NCBI RefSeq assembly: GCF_006345805.1
Contig: NC_043016.1
Coordinates: 7,688,001-7,752,000, forward strand
Direction: 5' to 3'
From: Octopus sinensis
Taxonomy: Eukaryota
DNA: 64,000 bases
The notes beneath the pieces are model-generated. The model was given only the letters and a program-made list of their open reading frames with translations, was not told the DNA's origin and searched no databases. Positions 1 through 12,555 of this stretch are shown here, piece by piece. The translations under genes and the position numbers were made by a program. The first letter of the stretch is position 1; every line of letters starts with the position of its first letter.

Positions 1-64
1 AGGAAAGATCCAAGGAAGGAAGGCGGAGGTAATAAATCGCCAACGGTACACACGCGGTCACGTT

Positions 65-705
<641 letters not shown>

Positions 706-780
706 CTTCAGTAAACCATAAATCCGAAAGAGAAGCACACTCCAAATTATAGAGCAGTAGAATATATAGATAAAGTTATG

Positions 781-1735
781 TATGGCAGGTCTATGGATTT
801 ACCCTGGGTTTTATGTCCATAAAGCGCTTAGCTTTACACCGTTTCTTTAGACCCTAAAGCTCGTTGGCCTATGGCCTCTCTAAGAAGTGGCCTCTCCAGA
901 AAATGGAGGAGGAAAAGACTTTGTTACACTGTCAACATCAAGGGATTGTCTTCTTTCGACCGTTATTAATTGACCACGTTGGCGTTGGTCCTAGGAGTTT
1001 CGTCGTCTTTCAACCGCCGTAAACGGTTGGCTAAGGATGTAGCGTAACTCCTGCGGTTGGCGATGCGCTGTTTGAACGCGTTACCAGAACATCGGGGATT
1101 CTCCCTACACCAGTATTAGCGGCAACGGCGCCAGCACCAACACCAGTGCCAGCTTTAACGACGCCAACACCATCACCACCAGCACCAACAACAACGGTAG
1201 CAGCAGCGTCAACATCAGCACAAACAGAATCGCTAACATCTGCACACGGAGATACATCGGATGTTCCGGTAGCGCGTTCAAACAGCACCTCTACAACCAC
1301 AGATTTTCTTTCAAGGTCTCGGAAAGGAGATACGCTACAGCCTTAGCCAACCATGTATGGCGGCTGAAAGACGACGGAATTCCATGTATAATATCACGGA
1401 AGATCCTAGAAAAAAATTCTACATAAATGGGACCAAGCGTTGTAAACTGTGCACAGCCGAATGGTCGAGGATGTCAAAGTACTCCCGTGATCCGGGGAAC
1501 ATCTTTAACTCCAGGAAGGAGGTCTTCGGAGCCTGCTGGCGCCCTGGAATCTACACGTCAGCATGTCAATTACTAGTAGTTAAAGGGAAGCAATTCTTTG
1601 TTGTTGACGTAGAGTAACGAAATCTTCTCCATTTACTAGAGAGGCCATAGGGTTTTAAGGTCTGAAGAAACTCTGTAAATCTAAGCGCTTTATGGACATG
1701 AAACCCATGGTAACCCCATAGACCGGCCATATCTA
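781..1735 (+). mobile_element. Penelope-like element 3' part (GIY-YIG C-terminal half plus pLTR) with an inverted, partly deleted copy forming a fold-back
   Basis: 1250-1470 reads RYIGCSGSAFKQHLYNHRFSFKVSERRYATALANHVWRLKDDGIP...YINGTKRCKLCTAE (one frameshift), typical of a PLE endonuclease; 781-1105 is a diverged reverse complement of parts of 1248-1735. Confidence 0.85.
1658..1716 (+). ncRNA. Hammerhead ribozyme-like motif (type I)
   Basis: aggt-CTGAAGA(1662-1668)-31 nt helix II region-GAAA(1700-1703)-cccatgg-TA-accc; sense to the GIY-YIG frame. Confidence 0.55.
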
Positions 1736-1737
1736 TC

Positions 1738-2178
1738 TGGTTGTGTGGTAAGAAGCTTGCTTCCCAATCACATGGTCCAGGCTTCAGTCTCACTGCGTGG
1801 CACCTCGGGTAAGTGTCTGCTACTATAGCCTAGGACCGACCATTGCCTTGTGAGTGGATTTGGCAGACGGAAACTGAAAGAAGCCCGTCGTATATATATA
1901 TTATATATATATATGTATATATTTATGTGTGTTTCTGTTTGTCCCCTCTCCATCGCTTATATGTATATATTTATGTGTGTTTCTGTTTGTCCTCTCCATC
2001 ACTTGACAACCGATGCTGGTGTTTTTATGTCCCTATAACTTAGCAGTTCGGCAAAAAAGAAATTCGATAGAAAAAGTACTAAGCTTACAAAGAATAAGTT
2101 TCGGGGTCGATTTCTTCGACTAAAACCCTTCAAGGTGCTCCAGCATAGACGCAGTCAAATGACTGAAACAAGTAATGA
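1738..2178 (+). mobile_element. tRNA-derived SINE, CORE-like family with internal microsatellite
   Basis: Head gtgtggtaagaagcttgcttccc, CORE-like ggcacctcgggtaagtgtc, tail gcagtcaaatgactgaaacaagtaa; many copies in the window. Confidence 0.9.
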
Positions 2179-2199
2179 CTGAACAATGAAAATAACACT

Positions 2200-2745
2200 G
2201 ACATCTCGTTTTTAGAGACATGTTCACCAAAATTACATAAAAATATCTTGAAAGACTAAAGACTAAATTTATTCAATAAAATTGCTATTGGCTTCAACCA
2301 CGGCACCTAGACGACATTGAAATCTCCTGCAACTCTTTTGGACGATCTCCTTGTTTAAGTTGGTGAATACTGCCAATACCTTTGCCTTCAGTTCATCTTT
2401 AGTGTTACAAGGAGTTTTGTTGGTCTCTGGCTCAACTGTGCCCCACACATAATAATCAAGGGGTTGCAGTCTGGGGAGTTAGGTGACCAGATGTTAGGGG
2501 TGATGTGGTTGCGGAAATTGTCTGACAGCTATGACTGGGTTCTTCTGCTTGTGTGGCATGGTGCAGAATCCTGTTGCCAGATACAGGGTCTTCCAGCAGC
2601 CACCCTCTTGACCCAGGATAGCACTACTTCCTCCAGAAACTTAATGTAGGCTTCCGTGTTGAAGATGAATGCAGCATAACGTCACCAGCACTAGTGATCA
2701 CTCCAAACACCATGATGTTGACTATATGTTTGATTTTTATGACTC
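2200..2745 (-). pseudogene. Tc1/mariner-superfamily transposase remnant, DD37D (maT-like)
   Basis: Minus strand: IMVFGVITSAGD...WQQDSAPCHTSRRTQS*LSDNFRNHITPNIWSPNSPDCNPLDYYVWG...VVEANSNFIE*; 37 residues between second and third Asp; stop and frameshift present. Confidence 0.88.
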
Positions 2746-2918
2746 TCGATACATATCTTCAGATTGCCCTGTCCTCTGATTGACAACCAAACACTCTGAA
2801 ATATTCGTATTGGAATTTCCGACGCGAATGCCAAGTGGTACAGCATGTCGTTTCCACATTTCTGCCAGACTGAATTGCGTCATGGTGCCGTTTTTCTCAC
2901 AGGCGGTGCCTAACTGAC

Positions 2919-2972
<54 letters not shown>

Positions 2973-2974
2973 AT

Positions 2975-3900
2975 ATAGAATTAAAGTCAAAATGAGGGTG
3001 AAAAAATTGTATATTAATTAGTAACATCAATTTAACACCAGTGGTTTAGCGCATAAAAAACTGAGATTCAGTAAATATTGTTAATACACATATGAGAGAG
3101 AATCCACTAAACTATGGTGATAAAGTGTAACTAAATTTATATACATATTAATGCAAGAATTGAAAAAATATGGAAAAAAAGTGAAAGAGGTACAGTGAAC
3201 TTGTCGTGTGGAGTGGAATATCCAACGTTTCGGATTCAGTCCTTCGTCAAGGGGTAGAAAAAAGAGAAGAAAAGGGAGAAAAACGTCAAACAGAACATAC
3301 AAATACTGGCATTAGTAAACTTCATTCTTTCTATGAGACAGCGAAAACTGGTCTTTATGAACGAACAAGTAAGAAACTTTCTAAAATGTAAATTTCGAAT
3401 TTAGCTTTAGTTATAAAATTACATCTCATAAAAGCTAAAAAATTTTTTTTCGGTTTTAGAATTATTTAGAATTATATATAATATATCTTCAAATATTTTC
3501 ATTAAATCTAACCTTTTTCTTTATTTCTTTTGTCTATAGTTTTCTTCACTTTGTACTTCTCCAATTTGCCAAACATCTGAAATTACTGTATGGGGTGGGG
3601 CAAAATAAGTAATTTCTGATTTCTTCTTATTTTCTCTTTATTTGTTTGAAACTATTATATTGCAAGTGTTGCATCATTTTTGGGAGTAAGTTTCGAATCA
3701 CGGTCATGTGACTGGTATTTTTCTTTTAAGAAATATTTCAACTTCGACCCGATTGTAATTGAGGTTGCTAATAAAACATGTAGATAATTTTTGGTGTTTA
3801 ACAATTAATATTCTTTTCTCTGAATGATTCCATATCAATTTTTTCCCCACACTAATGTCTAATTTGATTATTTCCATTCTTAAAAAATGTCTAAATTGAG
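2975..3900 (-). mobile_element. Decayed Penelope-like remnant with a degenerate hammerhead motif (3200-3254)
   Basis: Minus strand cccc-TTGACGA-aggactgaatcc-GAAA-cgt...acg; rest of the interval is AT-rich and poorly resolved. Confidence 0.45.
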
Positions 3901-4019
3901 GCAAGATGAATAATGACTAATTTCAATAATGGCGGAGTTTGGGATCAGATTTTTTCCATTTTGACGGTGATTTTTCCAGTTTATTTTTCACCACAGTCTA
4001 CTTTTGACATTCTTTCGGT

Positions 4020-4100
4020 ATACCTATTTCTTTATTACCCACAAGGGGCTAAACATAGAGGGGACAAACAAGGACAGATATAGGTATTAAGTCGATTATT
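4020..4100 (-). mobile_element. 3' fragment of SINE carrying the Tx1-like tail
   Basis: Reverse complement taatcgact...ctgtccttgtttgtcccctctatgtttagccccttgtgggtaataaagaaata, as at 22600-22651 and 42470-42530. Confidence 0.85.
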
Positions 4101-4109
4101 TCTCAACTT

Positions 4110-4341
4110 ACTCAAGATCTTTTGTTTTTTTTATAAATGGGAGATAGATAGATAGAGAAAAATAGAGAGTAAGAGAAAGCGAAGGAGAGTCCGAGAGAAA
4201 GGAAGAGTAAGAAAGTGGGAAAGTGAGATAGAAAGGAGAAAGAAACAAAGAGGGAAAATGTGGCGATAAGAAACAGAAAGGAAGCAGCAGAAAGTAACAA
4301 CCACACCGTCACCCGCGCGTAGAGCGGGTCACCTTAAGCTA

Positions 4342-4343
<2 letters not shown>
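4110..4343 (+). mobile_element. Possible non-autonomous Helitron 3' end
   Basis: GC hairpin acccgc-gcgtaga-gcgggt (4311-4329), then CTAG (4339-4342) followed by T. Confidence 0.5.
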
Positions 4344-4372
<29 letters not shown>

Positions 4373-4989
4373 CATATGCAAATGCGTATTTTCTTATATA
4401 TCTTTATGAATATATGTAAATGTATATTTTTATTGCAGATACCTGTGTTTGTGCGCACACATATGTGCGCAGCAATTTCCTGCCACAATTTGAAGTCGAG
4501 CTTTTTTTAATCTTAAGATAAAAGTTGTCGTAAGCATGAACCGGATATTTCAAACAGAGTGAAGACCTAAAGAAAATGTAGATAAATGAATAACGAATAA
4601 TGCTCTCAGCAACTACACATCAGTTTCATTGACTGACGTCAGCAAAAATACTATGGAATTTCAGTGGAAATCAGTCATGCTTTGCTTTAGCTAAATTTTC
4701 ACGAAGACAGCTGCAAACGACAGTCAGTCACGGATAGTTATGGACGGTAATTGACAGGTAAGGAAAGATTACTAACTGATAAGTTAAAACCGTAGACGAT
4801 CATACATTAAATTAATGATGTTCAAATTCAGCTGTTTTCAATATTAACACACCTTCAGAGAGACGTAGGTTTCCCCTTGTAATTGCAGGTATTACAACGA
4901 GAGACAACCATTTTTTCTTAATATCTGGTGGGATTAGAAATTTTCTTTTCCTGGGACCGTTGCATTCCATCGAAACTTATAACAATGAA

Positions 4990-5200
4990 TCAGATAATGA
5001 AATGAAAATAGACCACTTCTCTAAGTAATGATACTGCCCAAGTATTTACAGCCTTCACTAGATTCGGACCATTTAGCTTTGATTTCATTAGCTTCCTTTC
5101 CCTTCTGATGTACTCCTTCTCAATTTTCGTTTTCATTTCTGTAGTTAATGCTCTGTTAATTCTTATACTCCTAGATACATATGCAGAAAATGATTCATAG
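4990..5200 (-). mobile_element. Dong/R4-clade LINE fragment
   Basis: EMKTKIEKEYIRRERKLMKSKLNGPNLVKAVNTWAVSLLR; paralogue of 5930-6090. Confidence 0.8.
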
Positions 5201-5604
5201 AATTTACAAATCAATTTTTGGGCGTGTGTGTGTATGTGTGTTCTTAAAATTACCTGTCGGTGGTAATGGTGTATAGTAATATATCAATCTTTTTAGAAAT
5301 CATCAGCATGATATAACTTATGACTTATTAATTAAACATTTTATGAAGAGAGTCATTTCATTAAAGACAAAAAGAATCAATCTGGAGGAAATTCACAGAA
5401 TATGTATTTTACCTTCCCCATTATTTTCCAAGAACGTTACTAGTTTAGCAATCGAACGAAAAGGAGATTCTTAATGTTTATAAATAGGATAATAGTTCTT
5501 GTGAAAACGTCCTATGGTAACCAATAATTTTAATTTAACCACAGATTTACAAGTTTACTGATATATTCTTTGAGGCAACATCCACTCACTCCCGATATAT
5601 ATAC

Positions 5605-5653
<49 letters not shown>

Positions 5654-5929
5654 TGCGTATATATAATATGTATCTCCCTCTATATATGTGTGTATGTATA
5701 TGCATGTATGTATGTATACACGCACACGCACACACGCATAACTGGACAGTTTTGTGGGAACACACACAAACACACACATACACAAATATCAACACACAAC
5801 CACACGAGCTGTTCAACTATATCGCTAATACAAACAGAACTTTCCGACGTTATTCTGTGTTTTCTTTTCCTGGGACCGTCGCATTCCATCGAAACTTTTA
5901 ACAATGAAATCAGATAATGAAATGAAAAC

Positions 5930-7075
5930 AGACGACTCCTCTAAGTGATGATACTACCCAAGTATTTACAGCCTTCACTAGATTCAGACCTTTTAGCTTT
6001 GACTTCATTAGCTTCTTCTCCCCTCTGATGTACTCCTCAATTTTCGTTTTCATTTCTGTAGTTAGTACTCTGATTCTGATACTCCTAGATACTTATTACT
6101 CTCTCCTCCTTTCAATGATTTTAATGTCCGGCCATCTGGTAATTTGATGCCTTCACTGTTGACTACCTGTCCCCTGCTCATGACTAATATTGCACATTTA
6201 TTAGTGTCTATAATTCCATGTCTATATCTTTGCTGAAGAGTCTTACAGTCTTCATTAATATCACATTGAGGGGAATCAAACATAAGACAAATATTAAAGG
6301 GGACAACAAGTCCCCTTGGAAAATTCCTCATTTGATATTAACTTTCCCTAAGAGTGTGTCACCTGAGTAGAAATCTACTTTCCATTTCTTCATGCTACAG
6401 TTAATAAATTCTCTTATCTTGTCTGCTATACTGAATATACTCAAACATTCACTTATCCATAAGTGTGGAATCATGTCATAGGCTTTCCTATAATCTATTT
6501 AGATTTTTCTTTATAGCTTTTACTTCGTTTAGAACTGCTTTGTCTATGTATAATAGATCATGCGTTCCTCTAGCCTTCTTCCTGCAACCTTTCTGTTCTT
6601 CTGGCAGCAAATTCTGGTTATCAAAGTGCTCGGAAATGTTTTCTGAAAGCTTTCCTATTAACAGTTTCCACACTAAGAGTAAGCAAGTGATTGGTCAATA
6701 GTTGCTAGCTGTATTACCCTTGCTCTTATCTTTCCTAAAGAGTATTGTCCTCCCTTCAGTCATCCAATTAGGTATTATTCCTCTATTAAAGCAATCCCGA
6801 AGTTGTTCCCTAATCCTATCATGTAAACTACTAAATTTCTTTAGCCAGTACCCTTGAACTAAATCTGGTCCTGTGCCTTTCCAATTCAGAATTTTTCCTA
6901 ACACTTTACTCATTAATGTGCTAATTAGTCTTAGATCTGGCTGCTTCTCACTCACTATTTCTTCCCTCACTTACTTTAACAATACTGCATCTCCATTATG
7001 ATTGACTGATTTATCCCAAATATTACTCCAGAACTTTCTAGCTTCTTCTCCATTTGGTTTCTAATCTTCAGTACA
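5930..7075 (-). mobile_element. Dong/R4-clade LINE, decayed RT region
   Basis: GTGPDLVQGYWLKKF, GRTILFRKDKSKGNTASNY, LLPEEQKGCRKKARGTHDLLYIDK, NKCAILVMSRGQV...NKYLGVSE. Confidence 0.9.
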
Positions 7076-7084
7076 TTGTTCTCC

Positions 7085-8290
7085 ACTATTTAAAATAGTG
7101 GTGAACACTAGCCCTTATTTAACCCCACTTTTTCATTCTAAAAGTAAATCGATGTCTTTCAAAGATAGTTACACCAAAAATAAAGCATCTAATAGTAAAA
7201 CTATTATTCCTTATGGGAGGCAAATTAAATCTGATCTTCCTTTGAAGTTTCGGAAGTTATTATTAGGAATTTTCCAAAGAATTCTATATATTACTCTATT
7301 ATCAATTCACACACAATTAGGATTGGTTTTTCCAACACAAAAAATCTCTTACAAATTATCTCCTCACATAATATTAGCCTGTTAAATAGGGATACAGTTA
7401 CTAATACTAACATTAATTTATCTAATACCATCCATCCCCCTAGAAATATTAATAGCAAGGTTATTGTATCTGAAGTCAATTACAAGAGAATCAAGTTTAT
7501 GTCAAGTAACTCTAAAATTAGAAACCCTATATACCAATATAAAATTATTTCAGGTACCGATGTCTTTTTTTATATAGGCGGTTCCTCTTCTCAGTTATCT
7601 AAAAGAATTTCTAATCATTACTCTACATTTACAGATAGAAATAAACGTAATAGTACAGGACTTAGTAAATTAATTTGGTATCTAAAAGACCATAATAAAC
7701 AATTTAATTTATATTGGTTGAGTCTCTCATTTTCAATCCCTTATAATAAGGGCAAGGAATTCTGTCTTCTCTGTAATTCTGAATTATTTTTTATTATTTT
7801 TTTTCTAAAAATCCCTTTGTAAACACGGTTATAGAGCATGTATACCTATGTAAACATTGGCAGAAACACACCTTTAGTTCATATAAGTGATATCTATCAT
7901 TATATATAATTTTCTTCTTACATTTCACATTCACTAGATATATCTTTTTCCAAGACTTTAGGGTTTTATTTAATTTACATATCGTTATATACTTCTCATT
8001 TATTTGGGGTTTTTTTTCTTTACCCCTCCTCTTTCTATAGGCTACCTTTGACGTTATATCCTCTAACGTTTTTATTAAAAAACCTTAATTGCGTTCAGTT
8101 CATCACTTTACATTTCTATCAAATTCTGTTAAAATGTCTTATTGATGAGTTTTATTTCTTCATTTCCCTGAAGAGAAGATTACATTGTTTTACACCAATT
8201 TATTACTTCGGAATAATACCAATGATGTCTTCAAAACATGTGTCAGAAGTAAAAGAATTTGAATAACACCTGCGTTTAACTCCATTTATA
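7085..8290 (+). mobile_element. Penelope-like element 3' half: end of RT region, linker, GIY-YIG endonuclease, pLTR
   Basis: NFPKNSIYYSIINSHTIRIGFSNTKNLLQIISSHN...NPIYQYKI...FYIGGSSSQLSKRISNH...NSTGLSKLIWYLKD...CLLCNSE; ORF 7499-7822. Confidence 0.88.
8163..8249 (+). ncRNA. Degenerate hammerhead motif with long helix II
   Basis: CTGAAGA (8168-8174), helix gaagat/gtcttc, AAAA in place of GAAA (8233-8236), catgtg, TC. Confidence 0.45.
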
Positions 8291-8443
8291 TATTTTTACA
8301 TATTATACAAAATATTTCATGTAAACCCGGAGTTTCTACCTTTAAAAACAAAGAGTTACGCCCATTTTACTTGTGTGATTTTTGCTACCCTGGTAACTAT
8401 CTATTTTTTCCGTGTTAATTGTAAACAAGGGAAAAATACACAC

Positions 8444-8504
<61 letters not shown>

Positions 8505-8520
8505 CTATCTATCTATCTCT

Positions 8521-8555
<35 letters not shown>

Positions 8556-8607
8556 ATATATATTATATATATATATATATTATATATATATATATATAAT
8601 ATATATG

Positions 8608-8641
<34 letters not shown>

Positions 8642-9039
8642 TGTATGTATGTACGTATATATACATGCTATATATATGTATATATACATCTGTTTGTGTG
8701 TGTATGTCTGTAAGTGTGCATGTCTGCATTTATAGTTGTTCCTCCCAACGTGTGTTGATTTGTTTATATCCCAATAACCTAGTGGTTCGGCAAATGAAAG
8801 CGATACAATAAGTATCAGATTTCAAACAAGTAGTCCAATGACTGAAACAAGTAAAGTTGTTAAAGAATATATCAAACATTTTGAGATATATCCGCTGATA
8901 ACTAACTCACTCGTAAGTCGTAAGAGGTCGTTTTCAAATAGAAATATGTGTAAAGTTTTCTACTGTAAATAAGCAAAACAAGTATAAGAGACACAAATTA
9001 AATGAATGTAACTAAACTAATGAGACAGCTGATTTCGAT

Positions 9040-9420
9040 GTAGTTTTATTTAGTTAGCTGTTGTGGAATATTTGATAAAGTAATGCGCAGTTTAACTTCC
9101 ATCAATAATAAGTGATGTCGCTTCGTTTTGACGTTCGTTAACGACGAAAACGCCAACGCGCATAAATATGATGTAGGAAAGGTTAGTTAGGTATTTAAAC
9201 TATTTTCTGCCATCTCTGAATATTCCTTTTCTATCGATGTCCAGAAGGCGTCAATCGATAGTTCTGCAAATTTTGATTCCAATGAATGAGATGACGCAAA
9301 ATGTGTCAATCAGTTGATCTTGTTCTGCAGTAGTGAGATTAGTGTTATCGTGAGAATACACAAATAGCGGCATAACTAGCCATTGAAGATTATTGATGGA
9401 AAGAAAAAGAAAAAGAAAAA
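9040..9420 (-). pseudogene. hAT (Charlie/Buster-like) transposase C-terminal dimerisation-domain remnant
   Basis: LESKFAELSIDAFWTSIEKEYSEMAENSLNT*LTFPTSYLCALAFSSLTNVKTKR. Confidence 0.8.
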
Positions 9421-9599
9421 AAAAAGGAAAAAGTAAGGATAACAGCTAAGTAAAATGCTCACATAATAGTGTCTGTATTACTTATATTTGTTTTCTTGTA
9501 GAGGTAGCTTTTCAAAGGATTTGTTGGACCCAGGATTCACTCGATGCGCGAGAGTCTTGGATTAGCTACAAAGAAGAGAAAAGATGCCAAAAAAAAATT

Positions 9600-10016
9600 G
9601 TTACTCTTTTACTTGTTTCAGTCATTTGACTGTGGCCATTCTGGAGCACCGCCTTTAGTCGAGCAAATCGACCCCAGGACTTATTCTTTGTAGGTCTAGT
9701 ATTTATTCTATCGGTCGCTTTTTCTGAACCGCTAAGTTACGGTTGTCAAGCGATGTTGCGGTGGGGGGGACAAACACAGACACACAAACACACACACACA
9801 CACATACACACATACACACACACATACACACACACCATATATATACATATATACGACGTTCTTCCTTCAGTTTCCGTCTTTCAAATCCACTCACAAGGCT
9901 TTGGTCAGCCCGAGGCTATAGTAGAAGACACTTGCCCAAGGTGCCACACAGTAGGACGAACCCGGAACCATGTGGTTTGTAAGTAAGCTACTTACCACAA
10001 AGCCACTCCTACGCCT
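9600..10016 (-). mobile_element. CORE-like SINE
   Basis: Reverse complement of the 1738-2178 family. Confidence 0.92.
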
Positions 10017-11069
10017 ATGTTGAAAACCGCTGCGAAAGAAAGCTATTATATCTCACCCCCAAAAGTGGACGAGTAGTCAAAAAAGAGGATTGAGAATGAT
10101 TGGAGTATCTGACTCAGAGTTAGAACAGCAAACTCAACAAAACTCGTGCTGTTGTGCAGGAGTTTTATTGTCTAAATCGGTGGATGGCTACAGAAAGCTC
10201 TGGTGCCGCGGTGGAAGGGGATCAAAGCACTTATAGAGCTATTCCACCGCCTGATGAGGCATCACGAAGAGAAGAGGTTTTAGAGCTTTGGATTTTATAA
10301 AATTGACTATTTCCACAATTTAGTTTAACAGAGTGCAACGAGACAGTGACATTAAGACAACTCGATACAAATATAATATACATATACACATATATTTATA
10401 TGTATATACATACACACAGACAGATAGAAAGACCGAGCGATCGATAGATAGGCAGACAGGTAGATAGATAGATATGTAGTAAGCAAGAAATTGTGTATTG
10501 ACATTCGGCAATTACCAGTTGACGCAATTTGACGAAAATTTTTTTTAGCAGGCTGTGTAGTAATTTACCTCGTAAGGTGTTTGAAGTTCTGAGCTTTCAA
10601 TGCATTTCTTACTCTCTATTTAAATTTGTTCCATCCCGCTTTTATCTGTCCTACTAATGATTTAAGAAACTATAAAAATATATCAACAAAGTTTCCAAAA
10701 GGAATAGTATGTTATGCCAGTATTTATCGAATAGCTGCGCGAAGTCCCTGCTGATGCATCTAAAGCGCACGGAAAATTATATTGATGTAACGACATCTTA
10801 ACAAAATATTCCATATTAAAAAGTCGTTGCCAAACAAAAAATCCTAAAATATCAGTTCTGTTTAAAGCATTTTCTGTTCAGTGGCGAAGCGTGGTTTCTG
10901 GCCGCTCTTTGTGATATCCAAAATATTCGTCCCCCTCCTTAACTCTATCGATAACAACCCCACCTGATACTGCTCCCGCTTCTATAAATTTTAAAGTGAT
11001 CTAAATCTTCCATCAAAATTTTATGGTAATTTATGTTGCAAACACCAACTTTATAATTCTTTCTCCTAT

Positions 11070-11505
11070 AGGTACACGGCATGAAATTTTGGGGCAGGTG
11101 GATAGTCGATTACATACACCTCAGTGCTCAACTGCTTGACAGAACTATATTTCATCGGTCTAGAAAAGATGAAAGTTGAACCTGACCTCGCCGGCAGTTG
11201 AACTCAGAACGTAAAGAACTGAAAGTAGTGCATTTTGTCCGGTAACAATTCTGCAATCTCATTACTTTAATAATAATAATAATAATCCTTCCTACTATTG
11301 ACACAGAACCTGAAATTTTAATGGGAGGGGGCTAGTCGATTATATTGACTCCAGTTCTTAACTGGCACTTATTTCATCGACCCCGAAAGGATGACCGGTA
11401 AAGTCGTTCTCGGCTGAATTTGAACTGGGAACGTATTAGACGGACGAAATGCTGCTAAGCATTTTGTCTAAAACGGGCTAACGATTCTACCTACTCGCCG
11501 CCTTA
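11070..11505 (-). mobile_element. Two adjacent decayed tRNA-SINEs (central domain gtcgactttgcctttcatcctttcggggtcgat; Meta-domain-like)
   Basis: Copies at about 11070-11250 and 11290-11505, apparently splitting a piggyBac-type MITE related to 18012-18231. Confidence 0.75.
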
Positions 11506-12084
11506 ACACCAACCTACTAACGATAGCTATTTTACTAAATTCTTCATTATTTAAAACTTTTATTCAAGCAAAGGCAGTGTATTACAAAAGAAAGCAATTT
11601 TTTAAATGCGTCATAGTTTTGACAGCAGCAAATATGCATATATAAAGTGATTACACTATTGCGGTTCGCACATTCTGCGCATTTCCACGCTAGGCAATTG
11701 TTTCTGCTGCCGCTTTCTAAAACAAGATATACTGAAACTAAATTGCTTCAAGCCAAACTTAGCAATGTATATGTGCTACCATTCTTCATTTAACACCTAT
11801 GCTTATTTGATAGATTTGTACAAACGTATGATACTAGTAGCATATGCAAGATTTCGTCATACAAATTGTACAAATATTCTAAAGAATAAGCCTACTCCAC
11901 AATTTGGTGAAGAATTGAATTTTGATGTTAGAACTGGGTAGTTCAGTCTTCTACATCATGAATGGTTCTGAGAATGCTTTTAGTACATAATGATATATAG
12001 TAATTGCAAGGAAGTTGTGCTGCTTTTAGAAAAGTGTGATGTAAGTAGCATTGTAAATATCTTGAAAACACATTTTGCAATCAC

Positions 12085-12196
12085 ATAACTTCGGGTTCAG
12101 TCCCACAGCACCGCACCTTGGATAAACGTCTTCTATTAAAGTGCCTGACCGACTAATGGTTTGTGAGTGAATTTGGTGGACGGAACCTATGCCGTA

Positions 12197-12232
<36 letters not shown>

Positions 12233-12555
12233 TGTATGTATGTATGTATGTATGTATGTATGTATGTATGTATGTGTGTATGTATGTATGTATGTATGTA
12301 TGTATGTATGTATGTATGTAGTATGTATGTATGTATGTGTGTATGTATGTATGTATGTATGTATGTATGTATGTATGTATGTATGTATGTATGTATGTTC
12401 TTGTACTTTGTGTTTGTTCCCCTAGCGCTTGGCAAATACATTGAATAAGTACCAAACTTAAAAATATGTACTGATGTCTCTTTATTTGACCAAACCCTTC
12501 AAGGTGGTACTCCAGCATGGTCGCAGTCCAATGCCTGAAACAATTAAAAGGCAAA
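12085..12555 (+). mobile_element. CORE-like SINE with expanded (TATG)n
   Basis: gggttcagtccca...ccttggataa, tail gcagtccaatgcctgaaacaa. Confidence 0.8.

Noticed and set aside
1-64. Possible end of another TA-embedded mini-element
   Set aside because: Cut by the window edge; no alignable similarity to 19481 or 53147
9490-9600. Splice-acceptor-like ttttcttgtag followed by a short open frame
   Set aside because: No donor site or identifiable peptide; runs into a SINE tail
10249-10272. cCTGATGAggcatcacGAAG hammerhead-like string
   Set aside because: No GAAA, helix II does not close, no helix I or III; probably within a decayed LINE piece
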